From contig JACPLR010000011.1 in the NCBI GenBank assembly GCA_016186425.1, positions 13,206 to 77,205 of the forward strand: 64,000 nt of DNA. The letters are read 5' to 3'. The notes under the pieces are model-generated. The model did no database searches. It worked only from the letters and a program-made list of their open reading frames with translations, and had not been told where the DNA came from. Origin of the DNA: Candidatus Pacearchaeota archaeon (GTDB taxonomy: Archaea > Nanobdellota > Nanobdellia > Pacearchaeales > GW2011-AR1). The translations under genes were made by a program, and so were the position numbers. Below are positions 57,627 to 64,000 of the stretch, in pieces. How positions within the stretch are numbered: the stretch's first letter is position 1; each line of letters opens with the position of its first letter.

Positions 57627-57851
57627 ATTTATAAAGTGTCTAATAGTAACTTACATATTTATATAAATATTGTAAGATTGAAACAGACAAAATTATTTAT
57701 AAAAGAAAGCTTTTGAATGAGTTTATTAGGCGGATTGAAGCTTAAAAAGCTGTCTGGCAGTTTAGGATTAAAAGAATGTTATGTAATTTCAAAAGAGTTT
57801 ATTAACGAAAAAGGATTTATAACTTCAACTGACCTCTAAAATGCTTAAAAA

Positions 57852-58148
57852 TTGACTATGATTCAAGACAAAATAACAAAAGAAAAACTTAATAAATATT
57901 TTAACTTAAGCTCTAAAGCCTTGGAAATTGTTAAAAATAAGAAAAATATCGCTAAAGGCAAGGAAAAGGAAGCAAAAGAAATAATAAGCATGGTTGAAAA
58001 TTATTTAAGCGATGCTAAATTCTTCGAGAAAAAACAGGATTATGTAAATGCTTTTGCAGCCCTGAATTACGCTCACGGATGGATAGATTCTGGCGTGAGG
58101 TTAGGAATATTTAATGTTAATGATAATAAGCTGTTCACGGTTAGATAA
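57852..58148 (+). CDS. DUF357 family archaeal protein
   Basis: C-terminal NYAHGWIDSGVRLG is the conserved DUF357 motif. Length 98 aa. Confidence 0.55.
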   Translation: MTMIQDKITKEKLNKYFNLSSKALEIVKNKKNIAKGKEKEAKEIISMVENYLSDAKFFEKKQDYVNAFAALNYAHGWIDSGVRLGIFNVNDNKLFTVR

Positions 58149-58227
58149 AAAATATCAATATATCAATATTATAATTATAGATAAAATGATGCTAATAATG
58201 TTAGATTAAGCATAAATTTTCTTTTTA

Positions 58228-58268
58228 AAAGGAAAGTTTGATAAAGAAAACCATTGGTTGTCTTTATT
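58228..58268 (+). repeat. B-type Y unit + hairpin (forward)
   Basis: aaaggaaagtttgataaagaaaaccattggttgtctttat. A 10-bp stem aaagaaaacc/ggttgtcttt is predicted. Confidence 0.65.
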
Positions 58269-58408
58269 ATTTATTGTAGCAATTCATAAACATTTTGAAG
58301 CCACACCATAACTTTCCATGCTTTATTAGTTTAATTTACTAGTTTTGTTATTAAGCACAATATATATTCATAAATTTAATCTATTTTTATCTTTTATATG
58401 CTATTTTA

Positions 58409-60061
58409 CTAACTCAATTCTCTTAAAACATCTTCAATATCAATTTCTAATAATGCCACGGGCATTTTTATCTTGAAATTATTAAGTATCTTTGGATGAA
58501 TTTCTCCGATATGCCCTATTGATTTATTATTAAATGTTATTTCAGCAGCTCGGCCGTCAATAAAATAACCCGGAATTTTGCTTGAATTAACAATATTAAA
58601 TTTTATATTTAACATTTTAGATAAATAATCAATAATCTGTTTTGCTTTTGTAAAATTTCCTGGAGCAAGAGCAATAGATAGATGCTCTTTTTCTTTTATT
58701 ATGTTGCTCTCTTGATGGAATATTTTTCCCAATTGGAAAATTTCCTGCGGATATTCAACATCAACATTTTCTGAAAGTATTTTTAACATGTAATGAGCTA
58801 AATCATTGCGTAAAATATTATACTCTGTTTTTGAATCCATAACTTCAACAGCATTAGTTTCTTTTAATTCTGTTTTTTTAATCTGGTCATCAATTGTTGT
58901 AAGGTGGTAACTTGATGTTTCCAATAATCCTAAACCGGTTAAAATTTCAGCTATTTTCTTTTTAATTACCTCTTTCTTATCCTGCTCGCCAATTGTTGAA
59001 ATTTGCGGTATTTTTGGCATAAAATTCTCATAACCATAGGCAATTGCAATATCCTCAATTAAATCAACTTCATGCAAGATATCAGTTCTATAAGCAGGAA
59101 TTAAAACACTTTTATTTTTGTATTCATAACCCATTTTTTCAAGACATTTTTTAATATCATTTTCCTTTAGGTTTAGGCCAAGTAATTTATTGACATTATC
59201 TAAACTTATTTTCATTGATTCTGGGGTTAAATCAGGGGTTGCAATATTTTTATTTCCGTATTTTAAATTCATACTATAAACCTTTCCACCAATTTCTGCA
59301 AGAGAAAAAATAATTATATTAAGAAGTTTTTTTAAAATATTTAGGTCAAAACCACTACATTCAACAAAAACCTCTTTAGTTTCTCTTGTAATCTTGCCTG
59401 TTTTATGCGAATTAATAATCGGAGGCATGCTTAACACTTCATTACTTGCATCAATAAAAACAGGATACATATCATAATTTTCAAGTAAAAAACCGTATTC
59501 TCTTCCAGCAGGATGCTGGGATAAAATCTGCCTTCCGGTTATCTCTCTTGGGAATTCTAATGGCTGAAATTTTATCCTGTCAGGATCAATGGCTTTGTAG
59601 CAGATTGGCAGTTTAATTTCTTCTAGAGGATAAATTCCAATAGCTGCTTTTTTTCTCTTTCTTCCAAGTGTTGCATGAAGTTTTTCCTGAATATCAATTA
59701 TTTCCTTAATTTTATTATCATCAAACTTTAAATTCTTAACAATAGCACAAGCTGTATAGGGCCTTACTTTCTCAACACTTTTATCAATAATAACTTCATA
59801 ATTTTTTTTAGGATTGTAAGGCTCAATTTTTATTTTCCTCAAGCCAGTTTTTCCGCTTTTTCCTAAAAAAGCCAAAAAAGAATTCTTGAAATTGCCATAA
59901 CTTAGCAAATCAGGCCGATTTGGAAAAATTTCAACATCAATATTCTCATTTGTTATTGCTTCTATTGGCGTTCCGAACATGGCTACTTTATTCTCCATTT
60001 TCTCGTCTAACTTTCCAATGTCTTTTTCAAATTGCTTTCTTGAAATGCTTAATATTGCCAT
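58409..60061 (-). CDS. pheT: Phenylalanyl-tRNA synthetase beta subunit (archaeal)
   Basis: 550 aa. B3/4 and B5 domain patterns (LLEIDIEDVLREL, IEPYNPKKNYEVIIDKSVEKVRPY). Sits beside pheS with archaeal-type organisation. Confidence 0.85.
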   Translation of the reverse strand: MAILSISRKQFEKDIGKLDEKMENKVAMFGTPIEAITNENIDVEIFPNRPDLLSYGNFKNSFLAFLGKSGKTGLRKIKIEPYNPKKNYEVIIDKSVEKVRPYTACAIVKNLKFDDNKIKEIIDIQEKLHATLGRKRKKAAIGIYPLEEIKLPICYKAIDPDRIKFQPLEFPREITGRQILSQHPAGREYGFLLENYDMYPVFIDASNEVLSMPPIINSHKTGKITRETKEVFVECSGFDLNILKKLLNIIIFSLAEIGGKVYSMNLKYGNKNIATPDLTPESMKISLDNVNKLLGLNLKENDIKKCLEKMGYEYKNKSVLIPAYRTDILHEVDLIEDIAIAYGYENFMPKIPQISTIGEQDKKEVIKKKIAEILTGLGLLETSSYHLTTIDDQIKKTELKETNAVEVMDSKTEYNILRNDLAHYMLKILSENVDVEYPQEIFQLGKIFHQESNIIKEKEHLSIALAPGNFTKAKQIIDYLSKMLNIKFNIVNSSKIPGYFIDGRAAEITFNNKSIGHIGEIHPKILNNFKIKMPVALLEIDIEDVLRELS

Positions 60062-60064
60062 TTT

Positions 60065-60427
60065 TTATTTATATGCTTTATTTTTAATAATTAAATTTTC
60101 AATCCTGCTCATTTTCTCATCAACATTATCAAATCTATTATTCACCCCTAAAAATCTAATATCTATATCTTTTCTTAATTTAATAAAACTAACTGCAGTA
60201 TTTTTATCCATGGACATGATTTTTCTCCATATTAATAATTCAGATGTTGCGACAAATATAGTAATGGTTATTAAAGCATTTTCTTCCGGTGGAGAGCCAG
60301 AAAGAAGCCAAAAAGCTATTGCTATCATTGCAATTATCAATAACCAAAACACTATATCTTCTAATTTTATTTTCATTTGAATAAAGCATAAATACCAATT
60401 ATTATCAATATTAAAATTACAATCCAA
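60065..60427 (-). CDS. Small membrane protein (120 aa)
   Basis: Two hydrophobic helices (IVFWLLIIAMIAIAFWLL, ITITIFVATSELLIW). Lies between pheT and the MazG-like gene. Confidence 0.4.
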   Translation of the reverse strand: MDCNFNIDNNWYLCFIQMKIKLEDIVFWLLIIAMIAIAFWLLSGSPPEENALITITIFVATSELLIWRKIMSMDKNTAVSFIKLRKDIDIRFLGVNNRFDNVDEKMSRIENLIIKNKAYK

Positions 60428-60452
60428 AATAAAATATCTTTTATTTTCATTT

Positions 60453-60809
60453 TTATTTATTATCCCAGCCTCCCGCTAATTTATTTCCGTGCTTGAATTG
60501 TAATATTTTATCAACAGGCATTCTTTTTTCATATTCTTTCAAAACTTTCAAAGTCTCTTTTTCAGAATCAACATCGCAAATAAATGCAATTTTCAGCAAC
60601 AGATACTGCATATCTCCTATAAAATTTCCAACTTCTTCTTTATGCTTTTCAATAAGTTCTCTTTGTTTTTCAGCATCAACCCATTTAATTATATGCCAAA
60701 TTTCTCCAATTTCCTCATTCATATTTAATAAAAGGTCTTTTACTTCCGAAACCTTGCCCCATTCTCTTTCTTCATTAAATTTTTTCACTTTTTCTTGAAT
60801 AGTTTTCAT
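60453..60809 (-). CDS. MazG-like nucleotide pyrophosphohydrolase (all-alpha NTP-PPase)
   Basis: EExxE-type metal-binding helix (LNMNEEIGEIWH) and a second acidic motif (GDMQYLLLKIAFICDVD) resemble MazG/HisE-fold NTP pyrophosphatases. Confidence 0.6.
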   Translation of the reverse strand: MKTIQEKVKKFNEEREWGKVSEVKDLLLNMNEEIGEIWHIIKWVDAEKQRELIEKHKEEVGNFIGDMQYLLLKIAFICDVDSEKETLKVLKEYEKRMPVDKILQFKHGNKLAGGWDNK

Positions 60810-60810
60810 T

Positions 60811-62340
60811 TTATCCCTTTATCCAAAGCTTCATCTGCCTTAGCTGTTTAATATCATTCTTATACATATCTCTTAGATCTTTTATTTCATAATAATCCAT
60901 TAACATTCTGTCAAAACCCGGCCCCCAAGCCAAAACAGGAATTGCTTTTCCTAATAGAGGTGTTGTAACTTCTGGCCTGAATATTCCAGCTCCTCCTAAT
61001 TCTAGCCATATTTTTTTCTCAGGATGATAGACATCTATTTCAACACTTGGCTCTGTGTAAGGGAAGTAACTGGGCCTGAACCTAATTTTTTCAAAACCCA
61101 TTTTCTTGAAAAATTCCTGCAGATAGCCTAATAAATGAGCGAAGTTTGCATTTTCATCTATAACAATTCCTTCTGTCTGGTTAAATTCAAATCCGTGTTT
61201 CCAATCTAGAGTTTCGTTTCTGAAGCATTTTCCAACTGCAAAATATTTTTGCGGCAGTTTATTTTTATCTGCTTTGGATAATGTTCGCGCTGACAAGCAA
61301 GTGGTGTGTGTTCTTAAAACTAGTTTTTCAGCAGTTTTTTCATCCCATTTATACTGCCATCCTTTGCTTCCCACAATTCCTTTTTCGTGAGCTTGTTTGA
61401 CATTATTAATTACTTTTACATCAATATCTTTATTTAGATTAATATTTTTATTCAGAAAAAAAGTATCTTGCATTTCCCTAACAGGATGATCTTGTGCTGT
61501 GAAAAGTGCATCAAAATTCCAGAAACTGCTCATAATCAGCTCTCCAGACATTTCCTTAAAGCCCATTTCTGTCCAGACTTTTCTTGCATAATCTGTTGCT
61601 TGTGAAACGAAATGGCGTTTCCCTCCGTAAATTCTAGGAACTTGAGAAATAACATCATATCGCCTGAATTTTTTTCCTTTCCAGCTTCCTATTTTTATCA
61701 TTTCTGGCGTTAGCTCTTCTATAAGGCTTTCTGCAGAAGACAAATCTTCTTTAATTATTTGCTTTCCCAATTCTGTTACTTCATATTTGATGATTTGCTC
61801 CTCTCTTATCTCTATAATTTCTTTTCTTTCTCTTAGGTTATTTAAAGCAAATAATTGTTCGGGTTTTAACTGATTATAATCTAATGGCAATTCATCAATA
61901 AAAGTTTCTTCCAGTGTTTTCTTAGCAATCTCGTTTTTAGGGGAATTTAGCATTATTTTTCCGTTTTTCAGCTCGATCATTGCTTTTTTCTTCAATGCCC
62001 CAAGAGCTGCCCTAAATTCATTTTGGGAGAGCTTGCTTTCTTTTTGTGCTTCTTCTAAACTGCAAGATTTTTTTTCAATTAAATGAAGTAGCTGCCTTTC
62101 AGGCAGGCCTTTTTTCTTGTAAAAAATGCCGTTTGTTCCTAAATCAACTATTTTTTTCTTGCTTATATGCAAATTAATAATTCCCTTGCTATTAAGAAAT
62201 TCCAAAGCTCTTAAAGCAGTCACTCTATCTTCTCCTGAATGTTTAATAACTAAGTCAAAATTCTGCTCTTTTAAATAAGGCATTATTTTTCTTTCGATTG
62301 GAGATAAAGATTCTATTATTTCTTTGTTGTTTTGTGTCAT
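60811..62340 (-). CDS. pheS: Phenylalanyl-tRNA synthetase alpha subunit (archaeal, with N-terminal wHTH extension)
   Basis: Class II motifs including motif 2 (FRNETLDWKHGFEFNQTEG), motif 3 (GAGIFRPEV...GPGFDRM) and FPYTEPS. Length 509 aa. Confidence 0.85.
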   Translation of the reverse strand: MTQNNKEIIESLSPIERKIMPYLKEQNFDLVIKHSGEDRVTALRALEFLNSKGIINLHISKKKIVDLGTNGIFYKKKGLPERQLLHLIEKKSCSLEEAQKESKLSQNEFRAALGALKKKAMIELKNGKIMLNSPKNEIAKKTLEETFIDELPLDYNQLKPEQLFALNNLRERKEIIEIREEQIIKYEVTELGKQIIKEDLSSAESLIEELTPEMIKIGSWKGKKFRRYDVISQVPRIYGGKRHFVSQATDYARKVWTEMGFKEMSGELIMSSFWNFDALFTAQDHPVREMQDTFFLNKNINLNKDIDVKVINNVKQAHEKGIVGSKGWQYKWDEKTAEKLVLRTHTTCLSARTLSKADKNKLPQKYFAVGKCFRNETLDWKHGFEFNQTEGIVIDENANFAHLLGYLQEFFKKMGFEKIRFRPSYFPYTEPSVEIDVYHPEKKIWLELGGAGIFRPEVTTPLLGKAIPVLAWGPGFDRMLMDYYEIKDLRDMYKNDIKQLRQMKLWIKG

Positions 62341-62364
62341 GAGGGTTTATTGTTAATTCTATTA

Positions 62365-62841
62365 TTAAAATTTGCGGTTAAAATTGAGGGTTTCTTTTGC
62401 CATATTGGTTGGCATGCCTAAGCTGATTAACAAGGAAAATAAATCATATTTGTTCTTGTTTTCAGCATTAAACAGGATAATTTTAACTTTGTATTTATTA
62501 CATAATTTAATATTTTGAATCATTTTTTCGGCACACAAAGAAAGTTCTTTTTCATTTTTTTCATAGAAAATATTGAAATCAATTCCAATTAAAATATTAT
62601 TCTCTTTAGCTAATTTACATAAAACTTGGTTTAGGCCAGAATCTCTTTGTTTTAGCTTGTCTTTTCTGGATTTAAAATCCCTAAATAGCAAAATATCAAT
62701 TTTTTTAATCTCAAGAACTTTTCTATTAAATTCATCATTTTTAGCAGTTACAACTATGCTTTGGCTAAGGTTAGAATATTTATTTATTAGATTTTTTGCT
62801 TCGTTTATATTGTCTGTATTAATTAACTGATAATTTTTCAT
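62365..62841 (-). CDS. rnp3: RNase P protein component 3 (Rpp30/Rnp3), shortened
   Basis: By recollection of the Pyrococcus Rpp30 C-terminal half (GIDHVLAKL...ALGF...YKVRRFLTSSAQ...DLISLG), the segment GLNQVLCKLAKENNILIGIDFNIFY...YKVKIILFNAENKNKYDLFSLLISLGM appears to match it. No alignment or profile search was possible. Confidence 0.5.
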   Translation of the reverse strand: MKNYQLINTDNINEAKNLINKYSNLSQSIVVTAKNDEFNRKVLEIKKIDILLFRDFKSRKDKLKQRDSGLNQVLCKLAKENNILIGIDFNIFYEKNEKELSLCAEKMIQNIKLCNKYKVKIILFNAENKNKYDLFSLLISLGMPTNMAKETLNFNRKF

Positions 62842-62891
62842 ATATTAACAAGAAATAATAACTTTATAAATAATAATGTTTTAACTATAAC

Positions 62892-63584
62892 ATGGAAAAG
62901 AGGATATTTGTATTAAGCATTGGCGGAAGCCAGATATTTAAAGATAATAAAATAAATGTTAGTTTTCTTAATAAATTTAAAAAAATTATTTTATCCAATA
63001 TAAAAAACAAGAAATTTATAATAGTATGTGGTGGGGGAAGTGTTGCAAGAATGTACATTCAAGGATTGAAAAATGTAAATGCTAGCGAGAAACTTCAAAG
63101 CTTTGCGGGAATTTCTGTCACAAGGACAAATGCGAGATTTTTGAGTTATTTCTTTGGATTTGATGCTGAAGATGGGATAGCACATACAATGCAGGATATT
63201 GAAAAAATCATTAAAAAACAAGATGTTGTATTTTGCGGAGCACTGGAATACCATCCCCATCAAACAAGCGATTCGACAGCCGCCCAAATTGCAGAGCATT
63301 TTAATTGTGATTTTATAAACCTAACAAATGTTGCGGGTTTATACACTTCTAATCCACTAACAAACAAAAATGCCAAGTTTATACCTTATATTACTTGGAA
63401 AAAATTTCATGAAATAGCTCTAAAAATCCCATTCAAGCCAGGCCAGCATTTTGTCCTGGACCAAAAAGCATCTAAAATAATTCTAGAAAAGAAGATAAAA
63501 ACATATATTCTTGGTTCAAATTTAAAAAATCTTGAGAATTTATTTATGGGAAAAAAATTTAATGGAACAATTATATTTGGATAA
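62892..63584 (+). CDS. pyrH: Uridylate (UMP) kinase, archaeal type
   Basis: Amino-acid-kinase fold motifs SIGGSQIF (GGS), VCGGGSVAR, GISVTRTNARF, QTSDSTAAQIAEHFNCDFINLTNVAGLYTSNP and C-terminal NGTII. Confidence 0.8.
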   Translation: MEKRIFVLSIGGSQIFKDNKINVSFLNKFKKIILSNIKNKKFIIVCGGGSVARMYIQGLKNVNASEKLQSFAGISVTRTNARFLSYFFGFDAEDGIAHTMQDIEKIIKKQDVVFCGALEYHPHQTSDSTAAQIAEHFNCDFINLTNVAGLYTSNPLTNKNAKFIPYITWKKFHEIALKIPFKPGQHFVLDQKASKIILEKKIKTYILGSNLKNLENLFMGKKFNGTIIFG

Positions 63585-63646
63585 TTTATTGTTATGCCTT
63601 ATTACCCATAACTTATACTATATAACTTATAATGGATTAAGTAAAA

Positions 63647-63790
63647 CTACTTGTTCTAGCTGATAAACTGAGGGAAAGTATTATAGTATTTTCAAAATTT
63701 TGAATCATTACAATACTAAATAATAAAAAGAACCAAGGTTCTTCTTATGACATCTCCTTTTAATAGAAGAGATTTAAAATGATTTATAGC
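63647..63790 (+). repeat. Composite repeat, close relative of 47826..47945 (A leader + hairpin 1 + reverse B-like + hairpin-2-like end)
   Basis: gagggaaagtattatagtattttcaaaattttgaatcattacaatactaaataataaaaagaaccaaggttcttcttatgacatctccttttaatagaagagatttaaaatg. Confidence 0.75.
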
Positions 63791-63871
63791 TGTTTAAATT
63801 AAACTCTTTAACATTAATAAAGCGATTCTAACTTATAAAATGAATTAAGCTCAGCAACTTAAATATATAAA

Positions 63872-63950
63872 TTATGGAGAGAGATTATATTATTTCATAA
63901 TATTTTTTGAAAATACACTATAGCAACTTTTCATAATGAAAATTTATGCT
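63872..63950 (+). repeat. A-type repeat, degenerate copy
   Basis: ggagagagattatattatttcataatattttttgaaaatacactatagcaacttttcataatgaaaatttatgc. Confidence 0.55.
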
Positions 63951-64000
63951 TAATTTGGAGTAGATTAATAAAGCATTCATAGTTCATTTCAATAATTTTG

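Noticed and set aside
12100-63960. Possibility that A-type repeats are a CRISPR array or C/D-box sRNA genes
   Set aside because: They are not CRISPR: copies are kilobases apart in separate intergenic gaps with no regular spacers and no cas genes. For C/D box: ATGATG or ATGATT occur in the leader, but no consistent box D (CUGA) or C'/D' arrangement with guide spacing is present.
1-64000. Search for tRNA, rRNA, SRP RNA or RNase P RNA genes
   Set aside because: There are no GC-rich 70-90-nt cloverleaf-compatible stretches and no rRNA-like conserved blocks. The intergenic regions are extremely AT-rich. A covariance-model scan (tRNAscan-SE/Infernal) would be needed to be definitive.

Overview
The window is an AT-rich archaeal chromosomal segment with compact gene spacing. 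Archaeal hallmarks include family-B DNA polymerase, FEN-1, Cbf5, r-proteins S19e/L39e/L31e, RNA polymerase subunit L, archaeal-type AspRS and PheRS alpha/beta, RNase P Rpp30, DUF357, TrmY and Trm5. The very small proteins, many surface proteins and a form III RuBisCO make it look DPANN-like (Woese-/Pacearchaeota-type); this is an inference from gene content only. Core content is information processing: aspS, gatC(frameshifted)-gatA, ftsZ, scpB, polB, fen1, cysS, map, pheST, pyrH, tRNA/rRNA modification enzymes, an XPD-like helicase, and chorismate mutase with prephenate dehydrogenase. I found no rRNA, tRNA or CRISPR array.

Accessory or unusual content:
- A family of ~80-120 bp modular intergenic repeats. 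At least 12 copies of an 'A-type' element all sit in the same orientation, irrespective of flanking gene strand. A second 'B-type' hairpin/BRE-TATA-like module occurs in both orientations, twice ending 2-3 nt before a start codon (rpl39e, rpoL).
- A cell-surface island (48-57 kb) with a 1252-aa repeat-rich glycoprotein, two further ~500-aa secreted proteins, and two tandem DUF433-DUF5615 toxin-antitoxin-like cassettes. The cassettes share near-identical 5' regions but have diverged bodies.
- gatC is split by a frameshift in an A-run and is separated from gatA by two small paralogous genes.
- A processive GT2 polysaccharide-synthase-like gene is translationally coupled to a small membrane-protein gene.
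- A VapBC pair sits next to a metallophosphoesterase and a nucleotidyltransferase.
- Several compositionally distinct orphan ORFs, notably a 507-aa R/Y/W-rich protein beside rbcL and a divergent pair between polB and fen1.

All functional calls rest on motif recognition by eye from the translations; no database search was possible.
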